Positions 46,597 to 55,530 of a stretch of 64,000 bases of DNA are shown here, piece after piece. The DNA lies in assembly GCF_030655195.1 (NCBI RefSeq), contig NZ_JAURWA010000009.1, positions 3,850 to 67,849 on the forward strand. The letters run 5' to 3'. Position 1 is the stretch's first letter, and every line of letters begins with the position of its first letter. The DNA comes from Patulibacter sp. (GTDB taxonomy: Bacteria > Actinomycetota > Thermoleophilia > Solirubrobacterales > Solirubrobacteraceae). A model generated the notes under the pieces. It made no database searches, had not been told where the DNA came from, and was given only the letters and a program-made list of their open reading frames with translations. Both the position numbers and the translations under genes were made by a program.

Positions 46597-47837
46597 GGCT
46601 CACCCGACGCCGGCTGCTGCTCGGCGGTGCCGCCGCCGGCGCCACCGGCGTCGGGGCGGCCGTGGCCGCGACCGCCGGCGGTCACACCGACCAGCAGCCG
46701 CCGGCCGCCGCGCTGCCCGCACCCGCCACCGGTGAGGTCCGCCAGCACGCCTGGGACACCGCGCTGCACCACGACGAGCACGGCAACGTCCTGCCGCCGC
46801 GGTTCCAGCGCCTCGTGCTCTGCGAGCTCGCCGGAGACCCGACACCGGACCGCGCCCGCGCGGCGGAGGCGGCGCTGCGCCGTCTCGAGCACGCCGTGCC
46901 GGCCGGCCCGGAGGGCGTCCTCCTCACCGTCGCGTGGGGACCCTCCTGGTTCCGGCGCGTCGGGGTGCCGTCGCCGATCCCCGCTGCGAAGGCCCTCAGC
47001 CCGGTCGAGGCGCCGACGATCGACGACCCCGCCGCGATCGTCCACCTCGCCTCCGACGACGAGGCCCTCCTGGACCGCGTCGAGCGGGCGCTGTTCGCCG
47101 GAGGCACGCTCCCCGGCGCCCGCGGCCCCGTCGCCCTGACCGGGCTCCTGCGGGTGCGCACCCGGCGCACCGGGTTCGTCGGAGCCGGCCTCCCGCGCGC
47201 CCACCAGCGCGACACCGTCGGACTGCCGACGGACCGGCCGATCGCCCGGTCCGCCCCGCTCTACATGGGCTTCCAGTCCGGTCTGCGGAAGAACCAGGCC
47301 ACCGAGGACGACGTGACCATCGAGGACGGTCCGTGGGCCGGCGGCACGACGATGCACGTCTCCGCGATCGACCTCACCCTGGACACCTGGTACCACGGCG
47401 TCGACGACGCCGGACGCGTCCGCCGGATGTTCGCCGCCGACCGCGCCCCGCAGGACGTCCGGGACCACCCCACCGGCCTGCCCAACCCCGACCGGGACCT
47501 CGCCGCCGTCGCGAAGCAGCGTGGCGTCGTCGGCCACGCCGAGTCGATGGCCGCCGTCCGCCGCAACGGGCGACCCCGGATCATCCGGCGCGACTTCGAC
47601 AGCCGCGACGGCGACGCCGCACAGGTCCACTTCGTCGCCCTGCAACGGTCGATCGCGGACTTCGAGGTCACCCGCGCGGCGATGAACGCGGCGCGCGCCA
47701 CGAACGAGCAGGCCGGCGTCGGCGCCCAGGTCAACAACGGCATCAACGAGTGGATCACCGTCACCGCCCGGGGCAACTACCTCGTCCCTCCACGCCCGCG
47801 ACGCGTCTGCCCCGGCCTGCCCGGATGGGACGCATGA
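46593..47837 (+). CDS. Tat-exported DyP-like (dimeric alpha/beta barrel) heme protein
   Basis: Tat motif LTRRRLL; YMGFQSG, GVVGHA (proximal His), IIRRDF (distal Arg), HFVALQ, RGNYLVPP. Confidence 0.75.
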   Translation: MRLTRRRLLLGGAAAGATGVGAAVAATAGGHTDQQPPAAALPAPATGEVRQHAWDTALHHDEHGNVLPPRFQRLVLCELAGDPTPDRARAAEAALRRLEHAVPAGPEGVLLTVAWGPSWFRRVGVPSPIPAAKALSPVEAPTIDDPAAIVHLASDDEALLDRVERALFAGGTLPGARGPVALTGLLRVRTRRTGFVGAGLPRAHQRDTVGLPTDRPIARSAPLYMGFQSGLRKNQATEDDVTIEDGPWAGGTTMHVSAIDLTLDTWYHGVDDAGRVRRMFAADRAPQDVRDHPTGLPNPDRDLAAVAKQRGVVGHAESMAAVRRNGRPRIIRRDFDSRDGDAAQVHFVALQRSIADFEVTRAAMNAARATNEQAGVGAQVNNGINEWITVTARGNYLVPPRPRRVCPGLPGWDA

Positions 47838-48379
47838 ACGTCCGGTCGACCCTCGCCCTGGCGCTGGCCACGGCGGCGGCGCTGTTCGTGCCGGCGACCG
47901 CGGGCGCGCACGGCGGGATCATCCTGGCGAGCACCACCGCCGGCCCCTACCGCGTGCAGGTCGCCGGAGCGCCGCTGACGGAACCCGGCAGACCCCCGGC
48001 GATCGACGTGACCGTCTACGTCGCCAACGCCACCTCCGGCAGCCCGGTGTCGGGCGCCAACGTACGGACCACCGTCACCGCGGACGAGCGGACCGTCACC
48101 CCCGACGTCCGCGAGATCGCCGGCGGCTACGAGGCGATCGTCCCGGTCCGCGACGCCTACACCGTCGGACAGCAGACCATCGACGTCCGCGTCGCCGGGC
48201 CGCTGGGGACCGGGCGGGTCACCGTCCGACCGACCGACGACCAGGACACGGCTCCCACCGCGCTGATCGTCGGAAGCGCAGCGCTCCTGAGCCTCCTCGT
48301 CGCCGTCGCGATCCGCGTCCGCCGCCGCCGCGGCGGCGGCGATACCGAGGCCGACGTGTGGCCCGACGCCGCGGCGTGA
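47834..48379 (+). CDS. Exported, C-terminally anchored Ig-like protein with predicted N-terminal His
   Basis: Signal peptide ending AGA then HGG; beta-rich core; TM followed by RVRRRR; ATGA overlap. Confidence 0.75.
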   Translation: MNVRSTLALALATAAALFVPATAGAHGGIILASTTAGPYRVQVAGAPLTEPGRPPAIDVTVYVANATSGSPVSGANVRTTVTADERTVTPDVREIAGGYEAIVPVRDAYTVGQQTIDVRVAGPLGTGRVTVRPTDDQDTAPTALIVGSAALLSLLVAVAIRVRRRRGGGDTEADVWPDAAA

Positions 48380-48499
48380 CGGGCGCGACGTGACGGGGCC
48401 GCCGGCACCGTGCGGGTGCCCTCGACCCGGGTGCACCCGCGTTCGGCGAGCCCCCCGGGGTTCGCCGGGCTGCGTCCTCCCCGCCGGGCATCCCGGACG

Positions 48500-48997
48500 T
48501 CAGACCGCGCGGACCGCCGGTGCGCCGGCGCGGTTCCAGGCGAAGAGCGTGAGGTGCCACAGGCCGGGCCGCTTCCGAGACGGATCGATCAGCCCGGTCG
48601 CGCCCAGCCGCTCGAGCCCGAACCGCAGGTCCCACGAGGCGGGGGTCCGATCCGCGGCGAGGTCGTCCTGCCAGGGAGCCGCCGCGGCCTCCGCGTCGAC
48701 CCCGAGCGCGGCCATCGCCCCGGCATCCCGCAGATCGGCGATCCCCCGTGCGCGGACGTCGAACGCGAGGACCTCGAGGTCGGAGGCACGGGTGTCGGCG
48801 TGGGCGATCATCGCCGCGGCGACGCCCTCCGTCGACGAGCTCAGGTAGAGGGTCGGAACGTCCGGGGGCGAGTACCGGCCGGCCGCGCGCGACCCGGCGA
48901 GCGCGGAATCCGCACGACCGGACGCGACCGCCCGGTAGAAGGTCCCGTGGACGGAGCAGAGCCCCGTCGCGGCCGGATCGACACGAGGCTTCGCGAT
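48500..48997 (-). CDS. RES domain protein (no canonical start codon upstream of the domain)
   Basis: FYRAV, AGRYS, TLYLSSSTEG, GLIDPSR; in-frame TAG at 49009-49007; only ATC at 48997 fits the promoter geometry. Confidence 0.7.
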   Translation of the reverse strand: MAKPRVDPAATGLCSVHGTFYRAVASGRADSALAGSRAAGRYSPPDVPTLYLSSSTEGVAAAMIAHADTRASDLEVLAFDVRARGIADLRDAGAMAALGVDAEAAAAPWQDDLAADRTPASWDLRFGLERLGATGLIDPSRKRPGLWHLTLFAWNRAGAPAVRAV

Positions 48998-49040
48998 GTC
49001 CGCAGCCTAGCCACGGCGCGCGATCCTCACCCGTGGGCTC

Positions 49041-50939
49041 CTACCGGAACGCCACGACGCGGATCTTCTTCACCCGCGTCGTCCGCCGGCCCGGCGCGGT
49101 GTAGGTGACCTCGACGCGCACCTTGACCTGGGTCTCGCCACGACGCCGCTTGCCGTCGAGGTACCGCGCGCCGTACCTCGAGCGCCGGAGGGCGATCTTG
49201 ACCGTGCCGGTGGAGGTGCGGGTCGTCGCGCCGCTCGCGAGAGTCCGGCCGTTCTTCACGTACCGCCGGATCGCGACGGTGTAGCGGCCCGCGGGGGCCC
49301 TCGAGAGGACCACGCTGCTGCGGCGGCCGTCGCGGACGTACCGGGCCAGGCGGGGCTTCAGCAGAAGCCCGCGCGCCGCGAGCGAGAGGCGCTCCGTCGG
49401 GTCGAGGAACGACACCGGCGGGGTCGGCGCGGGAGCCGAGGGCAGTGGCGCGCTCCCCGGCAGCGGCGCGACCGGCGCCGGTGTCGCCGGGGCGCCGGGC
49501 CGGGTGCGACCGAGCGCGTCGTCGACGAGGCGCTCGAGGCCCTCCTGCGTCGGGTCCTGGGAGTACACGTGCCGCAGGGACGTGGAGCCCCCGGCCGGGA
49601 CGTCGCGGACGAAGCGGATCACGAAGCTCGACGGGGACAGGAAGCGCCCGTCGCTGGGCGCGGCGTCGAACGTGAAGGCCCCTTCGGGGCCGGCGCCGAC
49701 GGCACCCGTGTCGCCGGGCGCGCCGAACTGCGGGGCGTGCGCGTAGATCGTCGCCGGGCCGGCGGGGGCCGCCGGGATCGCGTCCCCGGCCGCCGGGGTC
49801 GCGTAGGCCTCGGACGACCACGGCACGCGGAACGCCGGTGGGGCGGTCTGGACGAGGTCGAGCGGACCGGTGACCTGCGACGGCATCACGCCCTGGCTGT
49901 AGCGCAGCTCGACGCGGTGGCCGTCCCCGTCGGCGGACTCGAGGGTGTCGCGGAACGTCGTCTGCCGGCCGGCGTGGTCCTGCACGATGGTCCGGCGGAG
50001 GCGGACGCCGGTCGAGGTGAGCGCGCCGGGGTCCCCGGTGAAGACCACGGGCGCCGTCTCGACGATCGTCAGGTCGCCGGTGACCGGATCGACCGCCTGC
50101 GAGACCACGCTGCTGAACTCGCCGGTCACCGTCTGGAAGAGCGGGAGGGCGGCGCGCCCGTCGACGACCATCCCGGCGTCGGCGAGGTCGACGGCGTCCG
50201 GGACGTCCCGGGCGCTCGTGCGAGCCCGGGACCGCGCGGCGGGGGCGCCGAAGCGCGAGAGCGACGCCGAGCCGTAGAACACGCCGCGCAGGTTCGTGTC
50301 CTCCGCGGTGTAGGAGACCGCCAGCCCGCCGCCGCTCCCGGCACCGCCTCCACCGAGCGAGAACGGGAGGCTCGCGCTGTTGTACTGCGCGACCCCGCCG
50401 GCCTGGCCCTGGCTCGTCTGGGTGAACACGTTCGGCGTGTCGCCGCCCGGCTGGAAGCGGTAGGCGGTGTACTGCCCGGCGAGGATCGGCGGACCCGTGA
50501 AGGCGGCCTGCTGCGCCGGGGTGAGCGCGTCGTCGTTGCCGACGCCCTCGTCCGTGGGGATCGCGCGCAGGGTGCACGGCAGCTGGGGCACCACGACGGT
50601 GGACGAGGAGAACCGACCGTCCGCCACGGGCACCGGCCCCTGAGAGACCTCGACGACCTGGGAGCGCCCGTAGAAGCGGACGTCGCAGACGAGGTCGACG
50701 GTCTCGCCGTCCGCGGCCCCCGGCGCGGTGCCGGTCACCGTGGTGGTGCGCGCCGTCGTGCCGGCGCCGCCGACGTTGACGAAGACCGTGCCCTGCAGCA
50801 CGGTGCCGGGAGCGGGCGAGGTGACCGTCGTCGTGGTGATCTCGGCCGAGGCGACGGCCGGGGCGACGAGGGCGGTGGCGAGGACCGCCGCTGGAACGAG
50901 GAGCCGGGCGCTCGGGCGCCGGCTGCGGAAGTGCTGCAC
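49041..50939 (-). CDS. Secreted surface protein with Pro linker and basic C-terminal domain
   Basis: Signal peptide ending ASA; 632 aa; PGAPATPAPVAP linker; Arg/Lys-rich beta tail. Confidence 0.85.
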   Translation of the reverse strand: MQHFRSRRPSARLLVPAAVLATALVAPAVASAEITTTTVTSPAPGTVLQGTVFVNVGGAGTTARTTTVTGTAPGAADGETVDLVCDVRFYGRSQVVEVSQGPVPVADGRFSSSTVVVPQLPCTLRAIPTDEGVGNDDALTPAQQAAFTGPPILAGQYTAYRFQPGGDTPNVFTQTSQGQAGGVAQYNSASLPFSLGGGGAGSGGGLAVSYTAEDTNLRGVFYGSASLSRFGAPAARSRARTSARDVPDAVDLADAGMVVDGRAALPLFQTVTGEFSSVVSQAVDPVTGDLTIVETAPVVFTGDPGALTSTGVRLRRTIVQDHAGRQTTFRDTLESADGDGHRVELRYSQGVMPSQVTGPLDLVQTAPPAFRVPWSSEAYATPAAGDAIPAAPAGPATIYAHAPQFGAPGDTGAVGAGPEGAFTFDAAPSDGRFLSPSSFVIRFVRDVPAGGSTSLRHVYSQDPTQEGLERLVDDALGRTRPGAPATPAPVAPLPGSAPLPSAPAPTPPVSFLDPTERLSLAARGLLLKPRLARYVRDGRRSSVVLSRAPAGRYTVAIRRYVKNGRTLASGATTRTSTGTVKIALRRSRYGARYLDGKRRRGETQVKVRVEVTYTAPGRRTTRVKKIRVVAFR

Positions 50940-51067
50940 GGGGGGACGTCCTGGACGAGGGATCGGGGTGGCGCGACCCTACGCCCGGCGTGGGCTGCCG
51001 GACAGGCCCACGGGCGGCGTTCACCCGGGTGATTCGCGGCGACCGTCGACGGCCACCGCTCACCCCG

Positions 51068-52405
51068 TCACCAGGTCTCGGCCGCGTCCTTCGGCAGGGC
51101 GGCGACGCCGCTCTCGACGGCCGCCTTGCGGACGGCCGCGGCGACCGCGGCGTGGACCGCCGGGTCCAGGACGTCCGGGACCAGCTCGGACTCGACCGTC
51201 AGGCCCGCGAGCGCCCAGGCCGCGGCGCGCTTCATCTCGACGTTGATGCGCGTGGCGCCGGCCTCCAGCGCCCCCTTGAAGATCCCGGGGTACCCGAGGA
51301 CGTTGTTGACGCTGGTGCCGTCGGCGGCGAACGCGGCGCCCGCGGCCAGGGCCGCCTCGGGCTCGATCTCCGGCGCGGGGTTGGTCAGGGCGAGCACGAC
51401 GGTGCCCGGCCGGACCCACTCCGGGCGGATCAGGCCCGGCTGCCCGCTCGTGGCGATCACGACGTCGGCCTGCGCCATGACGGCCTCCACCCCGTCGACG
51501 ATCTCGAGGCCGCTCCGGGCGGCGCGCTCGCGGGCGGCGGGGTTGGGGTCCGTCGCGACGAGCCGGTCGACGCCCGCGTCGTGGATGAGGTTCGCGATCC
51601 CCGAGCCGGCCGCGCCGAGACCGATCTGCCCGACGACCGCCTTGTCCAGCCGCAGCCCCACGTGACGACAGGCCGCCAGGGCGGCCGCGAACGTCGCGAC
51701 GGCGGTGCCGTGGACGTCGTCGTGCATGACGGGCTTGTCCAGCGCCTCGTCGAGGCGCCGCTCGACCTCGAAGCACGTCGGCGCGGAGATGTCCTCGAGG
51801 TGGATCGCCCCGAACCCGGGCGAGATCCGCAGCACCGTCTCGACGATCTCGTCGGCGTCGTGGCTGTCGATCAGGATCGGCACCGCCGTCAGGCCGACGA
51901 ACTGGCTGTAGAAGAGCGCCTTGCCCTCCATCACCGGCATCGCCGCGACCGGCCCGATGTCCCCGAGCCCCAGGACGCGGCTGCCGTTGGTCACGATCGC
52001 CACGGAGCGGCCGATCATCGTGAAGCGGTCGGCGAGCTCCGGGTGGTCCGCGATGGCCTGCGAGACGCGGGCCACGCCGGGCGTGTAGACGTCGCGGACC
52101 TGCTGGACCGTCGTCACCGGTGCGCCCGAGGTGCGGAGCTTGCCGCCGTCGTGGGCGATGAACGCCCGGTCGTGGTGCCAGCTCACCGAGACGTCGGGCA
52201 GCTCCTCGAGCGCGCGGGCGAGCTCGTCGGCGTGCGCCTTGTCGCGCACCTCGACCGTGATCTCGCGCAGCGCCTCGTGACGGGCGACCGACACGGTCAC
52301 GATGTCGCCGATGATCCCGTCGTGCTCCGCGATGCGGGCGGTCAGCTTGGCGAGCTGGCCGACGCGGTGCGGGATGTGGAGGCGGTAGGTGCAGTCGAGG
52401 GCCAT
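51068..52405 (-). CDS. NAD-dependent malic enzyme with N-terminal ACT domain
   Basis: VYTPGVA, VTNGSRVLGLGDIG, MPVMEGKA, IHLEDI, HDDVHGTA, ALTNP, NNVLGYPG. Confidence 0.93.
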   Translation of the reverse strand: MALDCTYRLHIPHRVGQLAKLTARIAEHDGIIGDIVTVSVARHEALREITVEVRDKAHADELARALEELPDVSVSWHHDRAFIAHDGGKLRTSGAPVTTVQQVRDVYTPGVARVSQAIADHPELADRFTMIGRSVAIVTNGSRVLGLGDIGPVAAMPVMEGKALFYSQFVGLTAVPILIDSHDADEIVETVLRISPGFGAIHLEDISAPTCFEVERRLDEALDKPVMHDDVHGTAVATFAAALAACRHVGLRLDKAVVGQIGLGAAGSGIANLIHDAGVDRLVATDPNPAARERAARSGLEIVDGVEAVMAQADVVIATSGQPGLIRPEWVRPGTVVLALTNPAPEIEPEAALAAGAAFAADGTSVNNVLGYPGIFKGALEAGATRINVEMKRAAAWALAGLTVESELVPDVLDPAVHAAVAAAVRKAAVESGVAALPKDAAETW

Positions 52406-52433
52406 GGGGGCATGATCCTCCCCCGTCGGCCCA

Positions 52434-54125
52434 TCAGGCGGCCGCGCGGGCGCGTCGCGGCTTCTTGACGGCGTGGCGGCGACAGACGAAGAACGGGTCC
52501 CAGTCCGGACCGTGGTCGGGCAGCGCGGCGGGATCCGTCAGGACGGCGCCTCCGCGGAACTCGCCCATCAGGTCGCGTCCGAGGATCGTGCTCGCGGTGC
52601 CGACGCCGCCACGGAGGGTGAACGCGACGCCGTAGAGGTAGACCGTCGACGCCCCGGCGAGGTGGAGTCCGCGGATCTCGGTCGTCGTGGCGAGGCGACG
52701 GAACGGGCCGATCTGGTCCTTCGCGTTCTCCGGGCCGTAGGGCATGCGGCTGAGGGTGTAGCGCTCGTGGGTCAGCGGGGTCGCGGACTCCTGCCAGACG
52801 ACGTGCCCGCGCAGCTCGGGCATCGTCGTGAGCACCCGTTCGAGGATCGTCTCCTCGATCTCGGCCTTGCGCTCGCGGTACAGCGGGTCGTCCTCGTAGT
52901 CGCGACCCTGCAGGGGATCTCCGGTGCCGGTCCAGAACGCGTGGTCGCCCGGGACGGCCGCGAAGGCCTCGATCGACGACTCGCCGGGCTCGCCGACGTG
53001 GCGCCGGCCGCCGGTCTTCAGCGTCGGCGAGCTGATCGCGAGCCACCCGTCGGGGTCCCAGCGGCCCCGGTCCATCAGGTCGTAGGTGGTCTGCAGGTCG
53101 TAGCGGCCGTGGTCGACGTAGTTCGTCGCCGGCCGGTGCGCGGCGACGTCGACGTCCGCGCCGAGGTAGAGGCTGAAGATCGAGTGGGGCCGGCGGAACC
53201 GGTGGATCCGCCGCAACGTGCGCGGGCGCAGGTGCTCCGGGGCGATCATCCGCTGGAAGGTGCGGTGGGCGTCGGCGTTGCTGACGACGACGTCGGCGGT
53301 CAGGCGCTCGCCGTCGTCGAGCGTGATCCCGGTGACGCGGCCGGCGACGACGTCGATGGACGCCACCCGCGCCTTGGTGCGGACGGTGCCGCCGTGGGAC
53401 TGGATCACCTCGCAGAGGTTCGCGGCCAGCACCTGGCCGCCGAGCGTCGGGAACCACGCACCGTCGGCGAAGTAGTGGCGCAGCAGCGCGGCGACCAGCA
53501 GCGCGGGCGTCCGGTCCGGCGGGGTGTTGTGGAGGTGGACGAGCGCCAGGACCGCAGCCCGGGCCTGCGGACCCAGGCCGCAGCGGCCGAAGAGCCGGTC
53601 GATCGGCTCCTCGAGACCGCGCACGATGCGCGCCAGCTCTCGGGGGCGCCGCAGCAGCGGCAGGACGACGCCCACGGAGTGGGGCACGTCGCGGATCCGG
53701 TCCGCGCCCTCGCCGATCGTGCGCAGCTCCTGGACGCAGCGCCGCAACCCGGCGGCGTCCTCCGGGAACGCCGCCCCGAGCTCGTGCGCCCAGCCGTCCC
53801 AGGACGTCGGGACGCGGAACCGGTGGTCGGGGAACGAGACGGTGTCCATCCCCGCGTCGTCCATCCGCGACCACGCCACGCGGTCCTCGACCCCGAGACC
53901 CCGCAGCACGGTGGCGATGATGCCGTCGGAGCCCCGGGCGACACCGCCCACGTAGTGCACGCCGACGTCGAACTCGAAGCGGTTCCTGCGACGGAACACC
54001 TGGCTGCAGCCGCCGAGCATCTCGTGCTGCTCGACGACGATCACCCGCTTCCCGGCCGCCGCGAGGCACGCGGCCGTCGACATCCCGCCGAGGCCCGATC
54101 CGATGACGATGGCGTCCCAGTCCAT
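52434..54125 (-). CDS. Phytoene-desaturase/retinol-saturase-like FAD oxidoreductase
   Basis: VIGSGLGG, EQH..LGGC, FEFDVGVHY, VVSNAD, ESATPLT, LHLAG. Confidence 0.88.
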   Translation of the reverse strand: MDWDAIVIGSGLGGMSTAACLAAAGKRVIVVEQHEMLGGCSQVFRRRNRFEFDVGVHYVGGVARGSDGIIATVLRGLGVEDRVAWSRMDDAGMDTVSFPDHRFRVPTSWDGWAHELGAAFPEDAAGLRRCVQELRTIGEGADRIRDVPHSVGVVLPLLRRPRELARIVRGLEEPIDRLFGRCGLGPQARAAVLALVHLHNTPPDRTPALLVAALLRHYFADGAWFPTLGGQVLAANLCEVIQSHGGTVRTKARVASIDVVAGRVTGITLDDGERLTADVVVSNADAHRTFQRMIAPEHLRPRTLRRIHRFRRPHSIFSLYLGADVDVAAHRPATNYVDHGRYDLQTTYDLMDRGRWDPDGWLAISSPTLKTGGRRHVGEPGESSIEAFAAVPGDHAFWTGTGDPLQGRDYEDDPLYRERKAEIEETILERVLTTMPELRGHVVWQESATPLTHERYTLSRMPYGPENAKDQIGPFRRLATTTEIRGLHLAGASTVYLYGVAFTLRGGVGTASTILGRDLMGEFRGGAVLTDPAALPDHGPDWDPFFVCRRHAVKKPRRARAAA

Positions 54126-54183
54126 GCGATCGAGTCTCTGCCCCCGACCGGACCGGGCGCCAGTGGGAGACCGACCAGGTCCG

Positions 54184-55434
54184 TTATCCGGACCGGACAA
54201 CGACGCGGTGCAGCACGAGCGCCGTCTCCAGGGCGGCACGGCGCGGGCCCAGCGGCGTCCCGAGGAGCTCCTCGGCGCGGCGCAGGCGGTGCGCGACCGT
54301 CTTCTCGTGGATGCCGAGGACCGCCGCGGTCCCGGCCTTGCGCTCCCCGGCCGCGAAGTAGGCCGCCAGGGTGTCGCACAGGTCGAGGTTGCGCTGCGTC
54401 GGCTCGGCGAGCGGACCCAGCACCGCGTGCACCAGGCGCTCGGCGCGGGTCCGGTCCTCCAGCAGGACGCCGAGCATCGCGACGTCCGCGTGCGCCGCGA
54501 CCGCACCGCCCGGGTGCAGGCGCACGAGCGCCGCGAGGCTCGCGCGCACGTCCGGTGCCACCGCGGACATGGCGCCGACCCCACCTGGCACGACCGCGGT
54601 CACGACCCATCCCGTCCTGCCGCGGAGGGCCTCGTGCACCGCGCGCTGGAGCGGCTCGGGTTCCGCGGTCGCCAGCCAGGAGAGCGACGTTCCGTCCGCC
54701 AGCTCGACGTCGGCGCGTGGGACGACCCCGCCGACGTCGACGACGCCCACGGCCGGGCCGGTCGACGGCGCAGGGCGCCTCGCGACGACGATCTGCGGGC
54801 CGTCCGTCGGGTGGTCGAGCACCGACGGGTCGACCGGCTCACCGGCCGCGAGGGCCCGGAGGGCGGCGTCCCGCCGGCGGCCGGCGAGCGCCGCGGCCAG
54901 CGTCACGTCCTCCCACCGGTCCGCGATCACCTCGGAGAGGCGATCGACGTACGCGGCGACGTGGTCCAGCGAGCGCCGGACCAGCCGGTCGAACGTCGCG
55001 ACGTCGCGGACGCAGCCCGCGAGGTGCGTGATCCACTGCTGCTCGAAGCCGGCCCCGCCGAGCCGGTAGGCCCGCAGCATCGCGGGCAGCGCCGAGGGCT
55101 CCACCGCGACGTGGTCCAGCAGTGCGAGAGCACCGTCGGGGACGTCCATCCGCGCCGGAGAGACGCCGAAGGCCAGCGTCGACAGGACCGCGCCGACGTT
55201 CGCGCCGGTGGCGTCGCGGACGGCGGCCACCGCGTCCGGATCCCGCAGGTCGATCAGGTCCGGGTGCTGCTCCAGGATGCCCGCGCTGACCCGGTCGACG
55301 ATCGCATCGATCCGCTCTTGGGCGATGGACACCGCGACGCGCAACGCGTCGTCGTCGCCGCGCCGGTCGCGCGCGACCGGCGCCGCGTCGGCCGTCCCTG
55401 ATGCCTGGCGGTCCACGTCGCGACTCTCCCACAC
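54184..55434 (-). CDS. PucR/CdaR family regulator
   Basis: AMLRAYRLG, VLGPL, DTLAAYF, LGIHEKTVAHRLRRAEELLG. Confidence 0.9.
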   Translation of the reverse strand: MWESRDVDRQASGTADAAPVARDRRGDDDALRVAVSIAQERIDAIVDRVSAGILEQHPDLIDLRDPDAVAAVRDATGANVGAVLSTLAFGVSPARMDVPDGALALLDHVAVEPSALPAMLRAYRLGGAGFEQQWITHLAGCVRDVATFDRLVRRSLDHVAAYVDRLSEVIADRWEDVTLAAALAGRRRDAALRALAAGEPVDPSVLDHPTDGPQIVVARRPAPSTGPAVGVVDVGGVVPRADVELADGTSLSWLATAEPEPLQRAVHEALRGRTGWVVTAVVPGGVGAMSAVAPDVRASLAALVRLHPGGAVAAHADVAMLGVLLEDRTRAERLVHAVLGPLAEPTQRNLDLCDTLAAYFAAGERKAGTAAVLGIHEKTVAHRLRRAEELLGTPLGPRRAALETALVLHRVVVRSG

Positions 55435-55530
55435 CGCCGCCGGCCATCCCGCCCGCGGATCGCACGGCGCCGGGCCCCGACGACGGAGGCCCGGGCGCGG
55501 GACGGGCCCGCCCGTCGGGCCGAGGCGGCG

